Below are positions 26,690 to 40,200 of a stretch of DNA of 63,291 bases, in pieces. Under the pieces are notes generated by a model, which was not told where the DNA came from, ran no database searches, and was given only the letters and a program-made list of their open reading frames with translations. Made by a program: the position numbers and the translations under genes. Source of the DNA: Octopus bimaculoides (Eukaryota); NCBI RefSeq assembly GCF_001194135.2, contig NC_068987.1:35650149-35713439 (forward strand), in the 5' to 3' direction. Position 1 is the first letter of the stretch. Every line of letters starts with the position of its first letter.

Positions 26690-29150
26690 TTCTTTTTTTT
26701 TTTGGCTTCGTTTGTGACACGTGCTTGGATATGTGGATATGTGTGTCCTGTCAATTTCACGTAGTTGTGTAAACATTGGGATGTATGTGTAGTCATATGG
26801 GTATTAAAATCGTCCATTGTTTCATGAAATTTATCGCCGATCTGCACTTAGTGACAGGACCGTTTTGAAGAACGTTAACCTGGTAGTTTTGATAAGCAAT
26901 CTTTCATCTTGTGCTTCGAATATGAAACCTTCAGTCTCTGCTTTCAGTCCTGAGCTTCTCAGCCACGGACGGGTTGCTGATCGGTCTACATTAGCATTTT
27001 GTCTTCGAAGTATATACTGCCCATGCAGAGACTTCTGACTCCACTGCTCCTAAATTTGTTTTTGTCCGTTCTTTTTTGCAGTCTGTTGGGCCCGTTTTGT
27101 TTTTTCCATGGTAGTGGTTCAGATGATTTACTATACTTTTATACATTTTGAACCCATACCCGGTGTTACCCAGGTTCATTGAGAGTGGGATGAGTGCGAT
27201 GCAAAAGAGTAATGGAGAAAGGGTGTCAAACCTGAAAGATTCCACGGTTGAGGTTAATGTTGTTAGATTGGCTCATTCCATTACTGTGGTGTAGAATGAG
27301 ACGTGCATGCCACTTTGCTATGTAACCTTGTAAGAATTTGGAGACGATAAGAGAGATCTTGTATATCTCAAGGGCCTTGAGCTGCCAATTATGTGGGTCA
27401 CTATCAAACGCTTTCCAGTAGTTTATCCATGCCATACTTCTGGTTGCTCCAGTCATTCTCTACAGTCATTTTTATTTATGAGTAATTGATCTTTGCATCA
27501 ATAAGAATTCCTTTTAAAGCTTTTTGAGCTCGTGGAAGAATAGACGTCTGTTCCAGGAAAGTGTATATTTTTTCAGTTAGTATTAATGTAAGGATAATGT
27601 TGGTGGTGTTTAGACATATTATTGGTCGGTAATTCTTTGGATGTTCGTGTCTCCAGTTTTTGGTAGAAGGTATGTTGTTCCTTCGGTCAGCCAGGCAGTA
27701 ATCTGCTCTGGGTTCTAGATGACATCAGGTAGGGATGCAGAAAGAAATTAGTGCACTTCTCTCAAACAGGTCAGCCAGAAGTTAGAAATCCGGTTCAATC
27801 CTGGAGTTCTCCATTTGTGAGATTCCTAAGAACACATCTTAGATCTTCTATTCCTATTGCCTCACATTTCTGCGCTTCCAATTCATCCAGTCTCACTTTG
27901 TTACCTATCCAGTGAGCTTCAGCATTATATTCTTTTTTGCTGCTCCATATCTTCTTCCAGGACTTTTCCATTTCCTCAGTCTATGATGTTTTTTTGCATC
28001 CGTCTTGAATACCTTATTTTGTCGCTAAAATTTTATTCTTTTGTCATATCTTCTGAGCCGTTAGGCTTTCAGTTGTAATCGTTGTTTCACTAGTTTCTTG
28101 GTTGCAGGGAGTTTTATACAATGTTTGATTTTGTTTTTATTTTTGCCGGATTTTTCTTGCTCGTTTCGTCTTAACATTTACTCCTTTCGCACGTTCATCG
28201 AGAATTGATATATCCGCCCGCAAAATTCGATCTCATTTTTTATTGCTACTTTCCACCTAGGAGGTCTATTGAAATGCTTGATCTTTTTCTGTCTTGATAC
28301 ATAATTGAGCTGGTACAAATTTAGGAGAGGAATAGATGAGCTTATTTAAGGTTGTTAAGTCATTTCCGTTATTTCTTAATGTCCGTCTAACAAAAATATT
28401 ATATATCATGATGATGTTGCTATTTTTACGAGCGCTTCGGTAACGGTTCTCTATTGATCACGTCAGTAAACTCAGTGTTGCTGAGTTCGCTCATAATATC
28501 TTCTTTTGCTTCTCTGGTCTTCTCTTTATTATTCACCTGAAATTTTGTCATGTTTATTCAAGTGTTCTTGAGGTAGGTCTACTTTCTTCTCTTTTTCTAC
28601 ATATCTGCTCTTCGCTATTCTTTCTTCAGCTATTCTTTCTTCGCTATTCTTTCTTCAGCTTCCTCGTACATTGGGTTCGGTGCATCTGTTACCTATTTCA
28701 TCTGTATTGTTGCTGTTTTCATTTGGTCTACCATGTGTGTCATAATTTGGCTAATTTCAGAGTTAGTTAACCTTTTATTTTTAATGATGCCTCAACGTAC
28801 ATTACTTAATTTATTTGTGGCTATATATCTGCCTATTTCGTTACCTACTAAGTTTCTCCATGAAGCCTATGTTTCTACAATGACGTTATTGTTTGGGATT
28901 TGTTGGGCTGTAGAGAAAGCTTTCAACACATCTCTATAACACTCTCTATTCCATTGTATGCGTTTTGCTTTATGTGGCCTTTTTGGTGGTCTCACTACAG
29001 TTCTAGGATTAGGGTTATCCTGGTTCTGGTTACCTGGTACTTCGTTGCTTTGAGAGTTTGCTCCAGCATCGGACTTTTCGAACCCAATCTGGTTCCTCAC
29101 TGGGTATCGCGGTCCTCATCCCGGGCAATGACCGATCCGGCATGATGTGG
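26690..29150 (-). mobile_element. RLE-type non-LTR retrotransposon (R4/Dong-like), copy A, 3'-truncated
   Basis: N-terminal RIQWNRECYRDVLKAF, RT motifs WINYWKAFDS.PHNW and RGIFQ..TLSPLLFC, then KSLHGQY..GLKAETEGFIFEAQD. The YMDD region is deleted. Confidence 0.9.
29070..29132 (-). ncRNA. Candidate HDV-like ribozyme (5' end of LINE copy A)
   Basis: Hand fold: P1 UCAUUG/CAGUGA, P2 CGGGAU/AGUCCG, L3 ACCGCGAU with CC able to pair with downstream GG, P4 AACC/GGUU, J4/2 C-GAA. P3 is imperfect. Confidence 0.45.
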
Positions 29151-30329
29151 AAAATAATTATATACAATAAATGAATATATGCACAATATGTGAAAATGTG
29201 AAAAACGGAAGCAGAAAGAATAAATTCAATGAATAATTCGCCCTCAAAGAGACGAAAATTTCGATGAGAGATCGTTAAACACTACAATACACGGTCGTGC
29301 TCATCAATCAACTAATACCCCATTCCAGTTCTCCTCCTCCACTTTCCAGCCACATCCCCAGCGGTATTCGTTCCACTTAACCCTGCTCATCACTTAGCTG
29401 CATTTTTACACAAATCGGCCCAGAAACATAAATCCCCATTTCTTTTAAGGGAACGAATCAGTTTTCAGCTATTTCTATTGTATCTGCCATAGAAACCATT
29501 TGTTATAACTATTAAGCTATATTTCTGGGATGGATTTGGCTAAAAGAAGTTCTACGGTGGACGAAATTGAAACTACAGAATTTTGACAGCATTATGTGAT
29601 GACTGACACCCCATCTATGACAGACTTACCCGATATGACTTCAAAAGGAAGCATTCTCTAGGCCCTGGACGATATGTGCATGTTACTCTGCGAACATCTA
29701 TTAAAGCCTGACTTATGTGAAATATGGGCCTGAAGAATATATCTTGCACTAACAATATTTCCTAACTACATTACCAAGTAAGATACTCTAATTGTCCTCT
29801 TCATAGTGGACCAACATTTGATTTGATGATTTTCCTGTTAACGCCTGCTGAACATATTCACTTATAAGTTTGTTTTCTGTTAAGCTTCACGTGAATGGTT
29901 ACATACTACAATGGTTACATATGTACAATCGGGTCGATTGTACATATTAAGAGTCTATAGCCTGTGTAGACGACAACAATAAATTGAGGAGAATCGTCGT
30001 TATTCACATTTACTGGCCGATTAAATACTTTATATAGATAGCATGTGGATGACATACCGCCCTATGTCGTTATCCACAGTGGCATGTTCGCTGATATCCA
30101 CTCGCTACCTACCTGACATTTGGAAAATCCCCAAAAGATTTTCAAAGTTTTTCGTCCGCTTCTCCTATTAACTAAACTCACTCCGAACAAGTGCGTTTTT
30201 CCCGTTGCTCTCAGTCAATAGTACTTAAGATTGGTATGTTTCAAAGAATTCCACATCAATTAGTTTGACGGTATGACATTCAATTTAAATCATGTCCACT
30301 TCTACCAAATACCTTGTGTCCATATATAT

Positions 30330-30840
30330 ATATGCTAATTTTAAGTAATACTATGTTAGATAGGAGGTAGTAAGTGAAAGATATCTGCTTACTTCATCCA
30401 AGCTCTAAGAACTGTTCCTTCTTTTCGAGTATTTGTAGGTGCTTCCTATACCAAGTATTTGTAAAATACCCCGGAAATATTTCATTCCGTCGGTGTATTT
30501 GCTGTTTTGTTTACTGTTCGTGTCTTCCATTGTGTTTAGAATTTATATCGGACATATATGTATACTTTTTGGTTTGAGGATAGTGTTTGTTTGTCGATGT
30601 ATATGGTTTACTCGTTCTTAACTGTTTTTGTTGATGACCGAGTAGCTTATGATATTTCTTTGAAGTTGTTGTCCTTGCTCTTAATGTAGGTATAGATTGG
30701 TTTCTAATCGTATCTGTAATCTTGGTGTTATCTGTAGTGATAGGGTGGATAGCGGAGTTGAGCTAGTAACGTTATTTGTGAAAATGGGGATCGCAGACGG
30801 TGTTTCAAGATATTTATCTCGTTAGTAGTACTTCGTGCTT
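30330..30840 (-). mobile_element. Possible highly degraded PLE GIY-YIG region
   Basis: Fragments KVYIYV..WKTR and ILQILGIGSTYKYSKRR resemble the PLE C-termini at 13.5 and 45.7 kb; weak. Confidence 0.35.
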
Positions 30841-31612
30841 TTTGACATTTGTAGGTTTTTTTTTTTTACTTTTGATTTTTCCTTCTATTTGTCAGTGTCT
30901 ACCTCCCTTGCCACCGGTCACCTTCACGATACAAAACATCTGAGTGGCTGTAGGGAGGATGTGAATGTCTTTGGTTTCGAAAGTCAGACAATTTTTGGAT
31001 ATGAATAATACAGGTCAAGATGTTCGACATTGTTTTCTTTACTTCTTGTTTTGTAGGGATTTTTTTTTATAATTGCACATAAATATTTTCCTTTCTCGTT
31101 TTTCAGTATATTCCTTCAGTAAAGATATGAAGTTCTTTTCAGTACAATTTATTCACCGTCACGGTTCAAAAGTTTAATTTTGTTATATCCAGTATGTCAC
31201 CAGGTGAGGTAGCTTGGGGGAAAATATCTTCATGTATTTCATACCAGATTTCTGTATCTCTCCGTATAAGTGTCTTCTCTGGTCGCCCACAAAAATCTGT
31301 GGAATATTAAAAAAGATTTTTTTTTCGGAATATATAAATCTTTCCATACAGAATTTGTTGGCTCATGTCTGTTATTAATTTGCTTCCCAATAACAGAAAT
31401 CCTATTTTAATTGTTGTTTGAGTTGATGCCTCTCTTGTTGAATGCCATTGCATGTGGAAAAGAAGTATTAGGTTAAAATCGATTTTAAACACAGTATTAC
31501 TTTCAAAGTAACAAATCTATTTTTGCAACTGAAATTCTGAGAAGCATGTGATAAATATACCATTAGTAAGCCTGAGGTGTAACCCGTTCATTCCAACAAA
31601 ACCCAACAGCAG

Positions 31613-31824
31613 TAATATTGCCTCAAAGTTTGATACAAGACCATCAATATACACAGGTAAGTTGATTGTATTAACTCCAGTGCTTAACTAGAACTTATAT
31701 TATCGACCTGGAAAAGATGATAGGCAAACCGAACCTCATCGGATTTGAACTCAAAGCGTAGAGGCAAAAATAATACCGTTTAGCATTGTTTTCAACAATC
31801 TAACGATCAAACCAGTACGCTGTC
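31613..31824 (-). mobile_element. SINE family B, old copy
   Basis: The reverse complement shows ctggtttgatcgttag..gagttcaaatcc..tttgcctatcatcttttccaggtcgataa..actggagtt. Confidence 0.7.
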
Positions 31825-33101
31825 TTAAGGAAGGAGAACAACAGCAACAATAATGCTGGCGATGCTATTGCTGCTGATGTTGCTGCTGCTAATGATGATG
31901 ATGGGTGATTCTAATACAGACAAAAGACGAACAACTTTGAAATGTAAGGGGTTAATGGATATTATACACCGTAGTATCTAACTGAAGAAAAAAATATTGA
32001 AATTGAACTCTGCCACATTTGCACTCCTCGCAAACCCATTTTTACCATGTGGCAATGACATTCATTATGAAAGAGATGTTTCGAAATCTTAATACTTCTT
32101 TTGTTGTAAGTCTATTCCCAAAGATAGTGATTTTAGGACACACTCCACTGCATTCACAACAAACGGCGGTTCATATCAAAGTTTATATCTCGAAGAATTT
32201 CACATCGTAATAGAGGACAAAGACCACGGAACACTATCGGCATTGTTGGTAAACAGGAATATGGGTGAGGTCTAAAATCTTAAACTTAATGTTGGCTGAA
32301 ATACCTGACCAGGTGTTGTGAGACAGTTGCAGCATACGAGCAACATATGCTTTCTATATTATTTTTCTTTCGGTATTATATTTTCTAGGAGTTCGCGGTA
32401 CATTCTGCTTCTCCGCAAGTTTCACCCCAATGAAAGGAATGATTTTGTTACGTTATACTTTTTATGTAGAGAATTTTTTCATGTCTTATACATAATTTGT
32501 TTTGTATTTCTTTTGCTATTTCTATTTATACATTTTCATCTGTTATTGTATATAGTATAAAGTATGACTGATGTTACTACGGATTTTTGTCACTATATTT
32601 CATATGTATAAACGAGCTGAGTTATGCAGAATGTGATGTGTAAGACTGCTATAGAGTTGGATATGCAATATGTAAGTATGTAAATATATATTTTCTCATT
32701 TTACTGATGGCTGATTTTGTAGATTAAGTATGTATAGTATTGTGATCACTTTCTCTGTAGTAATTTGTGTAATTCTGAGAATTCGTTCGGTTGTAAAAGT
32801 TCCTGCACTCTGTGTTGTGTGTAGAATGTCTTGTGTGAGTTGTCCTATGAAATTGCCGTTTTGCGTGTAGAGTGTAATGCACTTAACAGGTATACTTTTT
32901 CTGATTTATTAGAACTGCTAGCGCTGTTATGTTACTCTATAATTGTGTTTTTGTTTTCTTGATATTTCCTGATGCAATTTTCTTGGTCCCTTATGTTTTA
33001 CATGCCCCCAAATTTAGTTAATATCGTGTGATATTTTGCTAGAAATATATATATTTATTTTGTTCTTTTTTTCTTTATAAATCCTCTTCTTAAGTTATAT
33101 A

Positions 33102-33320
33102 CAGGGTGTCGATGTCGAAATCATGTAGATGTATTTAAATGCATCTATATTAAACCAATTTAATCGGATTTATAACTAGTAACTTTTCCTTTAACTTCCC
33201 CGATTTTATACACTGGGGCTGATATCGATAAACGTAAACTAAGTTTATATAGATTGAAGTAATTTAATTTAATCCCATTCAATGAACTAGTCCCATTCTC
33301 AATTGCAGTGTTCCAGTTCT
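33102..33320 (+). repeat. Unidentified dispersed repeat, copy 1
   Basis: Collinear similarity with 40201-40420 (gtcgatgtcgaa..actagtaac..ctgatatcgat..aatcccattc..ttgcag). Confidence 0.7.
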
Positions 33321-34697
33321 TTCGCTATAAATATTCCCTGTGTAATCTCTTCATAGATGTCATTTCAATATCTTCTAAATTTACTGTAGGCAAAATGCAT
33401 CTTAGAAACATAGATAGTTGGTTTATTTATTCATATTAAGATACTTGTAACATCGAAGTTTCTAAAAAGAATATTTAGTTTATATATGAAGTTAGTTTAT
33501 AGATGACTAATTAAAAATGATTCTGTTTGGCATATTATTTAATCAACGGCATGATGTAAATCGTACACGCCTGACATTCCAAGAATTTTAAATAAGTGCA
33601 TTGACATTTTCTCTGTGTTCTAAGTTATTACTTAAGATGCAATTTTTCTTAACCTACATTAAATTATGGGGAGTACCTTGCCTTTCATGCTTTGCTCATA
33701 AGTCAGTCAGATCTAGACGTACCTGGTAGCTAACCACAGTAGAAGCAACAACAAAAACAATACGTAAAATTCAAATTGCTTCCAATATTCACGTGGGTTG
33801 TTTTTTTTTTCCTTGAAAAAGACATTTGTATCACAATGCTTAAAATCATTTCTTTATTCTTTCGTAAGAATGAGAGCGATTTGTCCACGAATTATGAAAC
33901 GTATGTATTTTGAAGTGTTGTCAGAAAAGAGAAAAGGATGATGTCTGTTAGTTAAAGTACTATACATCAAATACTTGGGCTTGTATGTGTAAGAAATGCA
34001 ATACATTGACAACAGGAAACAAAGATAACTATTCATGCAGAAAAGAAAACGGAAATATACAACTGTGAAAGAAAACCTTGGTAAAAGGCAAAGAGAAATA
34101 GATAATATCACAATGAAACATACAAAGACATGTGAAAGGAAGAGCAATAAGGAAAAGAACATTAACAAAATAAGTATAAAACATCAAATACATAATGTCA
34201 TACGGAAAGAAGGCGTACTAAATGAAGTACAACATATGCAACCATGATTATTTACAGAAACACTGCATCGTATTCATACGTAGAAAATTGTATGCTTTAC
34301 CAGATTATTTTCAGGAAAAAATACTATTAAAAACTCTTTTATAAGATCTTTGTATTTGAAACAATATACATGACACCTACTATCTACATTTTTTCGTAAA
34401 AAAGACATGGAATTATATGGATTCAAATCCAATTTTTTTTTATAGAAATACCTAGAAAATGTTGAAAAAAGCATTATATTACATATATAGGCGTAAGAAG
34501 TAAACAGAACTAGTAGTGACATTTTTGTGTTTTGATATCAAAGAAACTGTTATATTCCTTCTGTTTTTTTGCATTTTACCACCAAAACGAATAATATAAA
34601 AGTAACATTGAATGACAATCACGTACAAAATAGAATCAAATACATTTCATACCTAGATACGCATTTACACACGCGCAGACGGAGATACAGGTATTCT

Positions 34698-34699
<2 letters not shown>

Positions 34700-34741
<42 letters not shown>

Positions 34742-35028
34742 NNNNNNNNNNNNNNNNNNNNNNNNNNNNNNNNNNNNNNNNNNNNNNNNNNNNNNNNNNN
34801 NNNNNNNNNNNNNNNNNNNNNNNNNNNNNNNNNNNNNNNNNNNNNNNNNNNNNNNNNNNNNNNNNNNNNNNNNNNNNNNNNNNNNNNNNNNNNNNNNNNN
34901 NNNNNNNNNNNNNNNNNNNNNNNNNNNNNNNNNNNNNNNNNNNNNNNNNNNNNNNNNNNNNNNNNNNNNNNNTATATATATATATATGTATGTATGTATA
35001 TACATATATATATATCTGTGTGTATGTG

Positions 35029-35078
<50 letters not shown>

Positions 35079-35190
35079 TACAGAGAGAGAGAGATACATA
35101 CATATGTATGTATGTATGTATGTATGTATATATGCATGTATGTATATGTATGCACTCACATATACATATATTCTATGGATGTATATGTAT
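34700..35190. repeat. (CT)n / gap 34742-34972 / (TA)n(TATG)n microsatellite block
   Basis: Direct reading of the sequence. Confidence 0.95.
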
Positions 35191-36479
35191 GTGTGCATTT
35201 AGGTTCCATGAAAAAAAACATTAATAGGGCAATTTCTAAGGAAACACCAAAGTGATGTAAGAAATATTTATCTACGCAATTGCTTCCTTAACGACAAATT
35301 TCTAGGTATATAGCACTATTAGTGGTTTGTGATTCATTAATATCACGTTGTATTTTTGTTTACGCAAACTATTTCATTTCGGTTCATCAGTACTAATATG
35401 AGATAACAACAGTATGTCATTTTTCTGCAATCTCATTTTTCTTCAATATTGGAAACGTCTGTTTCAAGGAGCAGAATATTAACAAAAATACAAAAAATGC
35501 TAAATGGATATATGGAAGACTAACTTATGTGATGTATATTTTCCCCCAGTTCTTTTAAAACAAATATTAAATGGCTTTGCATCATGGCATGAGGCCGACA
35601 GATTTGAATGTGCTTTTGTAGGAAATAGTTTACGATTTTGTTCATTAAAGTACTTTAGGAATGCAAGCAATAATATTTTTTTATATTTCCTTTTGAATAT
35701 TTTGTATTTGTTATTCCTGTAATTCTTTTTTGTGCTCAAATCATTGAAGATTATACATCTTCGTAATGTCACTTGATATTTGTAAATGAACTTCACACGA
35801 AGCCGGAATATAAGCGACAGATTAATGCCCTTACAGCATTGCATCATATAATAAATTTTTTTCAGCGATTTAATTATGAGCTTTGGCTTTTGTTTCCAGC
35901 AGGTAGACGAACCTAGTATGTCCTTTGATTAATTTTAATCCTAAGTTTATATATATATATGTATATAATATTTATTAGCTGTTTATATATATACGTGTGC
36001 GTGTGTGCTTGTCAGTAATAGATAAATCGATAGATAGATAGATTGATTAAAACATATATACATATATGTATGTATCTATCTATGTATGCATGCATGCATG
36101 TATTATGTATGTATGTAAGTATACATGTAGGTATGCATGTATGCATGCATGTTAACACGTGGCGTGTGTATGTATGTGACTACCATGATAATGATTAGAA
36201 ATATGAGACATTACGTCTGGACGTGCTGATCCTTAAATAGTAGAGCAACTGGCTCTGACTCGCATACTGTAACGATCATGCATAATCTATTGTACAAACG
36301 AAACTATGGCACTAGAAGGAGATTCTCAAGCAAATCTTAAATATAGCAATAGCATGCGGCGATTCCTATTTATTAAGGCGTGTGCGTGTGTGTATATATA
36401 TACACAGACATGCAGGAAGTAAATAGATACCTTTAATTTTCAAAATATTTTATCTAATACGCAAAGGGAACAATTGAAA

Positions 36480-37640
36480 TGTAATCGATAGGTAGGATTA
36501 CATACTTTAGTATTTAGTTGACATTCCCATTGCAGTTTTTAATTCAGAAACTCTATTTTGGCATTGAACTGATGAGCTTTATAATTGTCTCTTGTGGAAT
36601 TTCTGCATACTTTTCACGGAACAATCGAAACCATTCGTCTTTGTATATTTAGGTTTGTATCGAGTTTTTTGTATAGCCCTTTCTAGTGCGCTGCAAAGAT
36701 TTTCAATTGTGTTCATGTCAAGATATTGGCTCGGCTAAGGAAGCTTTTTGATCCAACTTTCTGTCAGCCATTGTTGATTCCTTTTCGCTATGTGGCAAGG
36801 AGCCTCACCTTTCATGAATAAACATTCATTTTTCGTTATGTTACCGTGTGAGTACCTCATAAGTAGTCCTTGCTTAAGTATCTCGATGTATTTTTCAGAG
36901 TGTATGGTTCCAACACATTCGATCAGCTCAGAACGACCGTTGATGGTGACAGTTCCACATACGATTACGGAGATACTGCCATGTTTCACAGTTGGTTGGA
37001 CTCGTTTCAAATCAATTTCTTGATTGGGAAGCCTCCAGATCCAAACACATCCACTGTGTAAAAATAATACAAATCTAGATTCATGTGAGAAAATCACTTT
37101 ATCCCAAAATGAACTGGGCTTTTCACTGCCATTCCCTTAGCCCATTTCTTTCTTTTCATGATATTTATTGGTTGACAGATGAGTTTTCTTCTAGCTGTTC
37201 GTCCATAATACCCAAGCTTATGCAGATATGTAGCACACGTTCGTGGACTAACTTCTAACTGTTTTTCAATGTTTGAAGCCTTCGAACGGACGGGGTTCGT
37301 TTTCCACAATTCTCCTCAAACAGCGAAGCTTCCTTTCCGAGGGCCCAGCTCGGGCTGGACGAGAATCCGTTGATTATTTACCTTGGCTTAATATGAATTG
37401 CACCTTAATATGAATTGCACTTTAATATGAATTGCACCATTAATCTATTAACAGTAGCAAGAGGAATTTGAAGATTTTCGACAAATTTTCCCTGGCAAAG
37501 AACAGCCTCAGATTGGCCAACAATACGACCTCTTCGAAAATCTGACTGTTCTGCTGAATTTTTTGAGCGTGGCATGGTTACTTTTCGCAAATGTTTAATG
37601 TAATGGCACCTGGAATGAAAAATAATAATTACATTGTAAA
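36480..37640 (-). mobile_element. Degenerate Tc1-like (DD34E) transposon
   Basis: MPRSKNSAEQSDFRRGRIVG, LGYYGRTARRK, IFSHESRF (first D to H), ISVIVCG, FMKGEAPCH and PSQYLDMNTIENL. TIRs were not confidently located. Confidence 0.9.
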
Positions 37641-37959
37641 TTCTACACCGCTGAAAACATATTAAGACGCTTAGATTAGAAAATTTGGAAATTAAAGGTG
37701 TTTTTTATACTTCCGGCATGTCTCTGAATACATATACAAGTGTTTGAGAGCATTGTTATTGCTGTAGATGTAGGTAAGTGTTTGTGTGTGTCTGCGTATG
37801 ATTAGTGGGTGTGAGGACGTGTGTATGTGTACGTATGAGTGTTTGAGAGTATGTGTATACAAGTTTGTGTATATGTGTGTATATGCATATATGCATATGT
37901 GAGTCTGCGTATATATGCACGTGTGCATGTATGTCTCCGAGCGAGTGTGTGAATGTGTG

Positions 37960-37995
37960 TGTATTGGTGTGTGTGAACGATTTCTTTACATTTGA

Positions 37996-38070
<75 letters not shown>

Positions 38071-38090
38071 TGTTTATGCAGTATGTGGAA
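37960..38090 (+). repeat. (GT)n microsatellite
   Basis: Direct reading of the sequence. Confidence 0.95.
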
Positions 38091-38199
38091 CAGCAAGTTA
38101 TGTATGTGGATGTTTGGAAATGTGTCGAAGATTTAAATTTTAAAAAATGAAGAATAATTTAAATCTAAAAAATGAATTATAATTTAAAATCTATTTTTA

Positions 38200-38810
38200 A
38201 AGAGGTGAGTGGGAGATGTTATTGGAAGGCGTTTGAGCTTGGACAAAGATATTGGTGGATTCGTAGTGCAAGCTCGGGTTGAAGACATTGAGGTGTGAGG
38301 CTGAATGACCGGTAGAACAAAAATGACTGATGTTGGGGCACTTTTCAAGATGCAAGCGGAGTCCTGGTTGTGGAGTGTGTGTTGGTTAGTTCCAGTAGAG
38401 ATGTGATGTTGGTGATAAACGGACAGGTATAGAAACGGGGTCTGGAGCGAAGGTAGGATCCAGGATTGCTGGGGAAGGGTTATAGGAGGATCCTGCAAAT
38501 CAGTAAGTCGCAATGTTTAGGGTGCGTTTGAATGAGGGTAAGGGTGGTTTGGGGAAAAATGAGAATGATAGGATCACATTGGAGACGATGGAAGGATTTT
38601 CTGAGGAAGGGCTAGGGTGGAACACTTGCATTTCGCCAGTTCGCTGTAATAGTCTCCTCTGGAGTCGCGTGTAAGGTACTAGAACAAGATGTAGGTTGCT
38701 CTCCTGACTTGCGTGTAAATACATTACAGATTAGCTCGAGAGAGGATATCCATGTGTAAATACATTGTGTGTAAATATATTGCAGATCAGCTCGAGAGAC
38801 GATATCCGTG
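38200..38810 (-). mobile_element. Penelope-like element fragment (thumb and GIY-YIG C-terminus)
   Basis: FHRLQCDP..FPKPPLPSFKR..DLL..PGSY..SRPR..TCPFI and HFCSTGHSASHL resemble PLE C-termini. Confidence 0.7.
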
Positions 38811-39046
38811 TATGGGAATTTGTCTTGGTAGGTGATTTTCAACAACATTTTTTGTCAGTTCATGTGGGAGATTTTAGCATGGCGCTCGAAAACGTATGCG
38901 TATAGTAGTGTAGGAACTATAACCGTTAACTTGCAGGCCAGCCAAATGCGTCTCCTCACCCACACTGATTCAAGTGGCCGCCCAGCTCTGAGCTTCCCTT
39001 GGAAATACATGTATCGACTTCATCGTCAATATTCACAAATCTTTAA

Positions 39047-39265
39047 GGTGGTGATCTGGCAGAAACGTTAGCATTCTGGGCGAAATGCTTAGCGGAATTT
39101 CGTCTGTCTATACGTTCTGAGTTCAAATAATGCCGAGATCGACTTTGCCATTCATCCTTTCGCGGTCGATAAATTGAGTACCAGTTGCGTACTGTGGTTG
39201 ATCTAATCGACTGGTCCCCTCCACAAGAAAGTTTGGGCCTTGTTCCTAGATTAGGAATGAATATT
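39047..39265 (+). mobile_element. SINE family B, best-preserved copy
   Basis: tRNA-like head (ctggcagaaacgttag; gagttcaaat) and central gtcgactttgccattcatcctttcgcggtcgataaattgagtacc block. Possible imperfect TSD atattcaca(a/g)atct. Confidence 0.92.
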
Positions 39266-39359
39266 ATATTCACAGATCTCGACAATGTACTGCTGAGGTC
39301 TGTGAACATATCAACAACTATCAAACTTACCCCTTCGACAGTGATAGTTGGTTCTACAT

Positions 39360-39560
39360 AAGGCCTCCACGTGTATACATACATGTATAGATACATGCAT
39401 ACATGCCTATATATGTATATATACATACATGTATAGATACATACATACATGCCTATATATGTATATATGCATATATACATACAAACACACACACATACAT
39501 ACATACATACATACATACATACATACATACATACATGCATGCATTCATACATACATACAT
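39360..39560 (+). repeat. (TACA)n degenerate microsatellite
   Basis: Direct reading of the sequence. Confidence 0.95.
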
Positions 39561-40200
39561 ACCAAATTACAAATTGACATGTATACCAATGATAATTGAG
39601 GCACACGGTTTTGTAAATACCTAATTGTCAGTATAAGCTTGGATTTTCAGAAAAAATTCAACCGATTCATACATTACAAATACAATCTGTAAGTGAAACA
39701 TTAAATTATGCAAGACTTTTCAGAGGTGTAAATTGTGATATAGGTTTCGTTTTCTACATTCCAACGATGGCGCTTTGTATTTTCGTTAGAAACCAGCTCC
39801 TTCTTCAAAGGAAGAATTCAAATGATTAATTACAGAAGGGACATACATACGTACATACAAATATTGTATTATAGCCGATATAATCTTGGGTTGATTGAAT
39901 GGTTGCCTTTGCTTGTAACACTTTAAATCATATAGACAGATGAGAATCGCGAGTAAAAAGTGATAGAAATCAAGTTAAGAGGTGCCAGGTGAGAGTTGAA
40001 GTTTAAGCTTGGTGACGTGCAAGGTGTAAATGAAAGCTACTCACAGAGCAAGAGAAAAAGGAATCTTAAACAACTGAGAAGAAGTAGAGTAAGAGAAGAG
40101 GGAGTATATGACAGAGTATTTATAAGAGGAATATTACACGTGGGGAATAAGAAATTCTTTGTGTACAAAATTCAACAGCGATTAACATATTGTCAAATGC

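Noticed and set aside
29630-29697. Minus-strand exon candidate DVRRVTCTYRPGPRECFLLKSYR|gtaagt
   Set aside because: Strong donor, weak acceptor and no partner exons.
32300-33050. Possible further PLE relic on the minus strand
   Set aside because: No diagnostic RT or GIY-YIG motif could be read with confidence.
35550-35722. Exon candidate LLKQILNGFASWHEADRFECAFVG
   Set aside because: Good acceptor but no convincing donor or homology.
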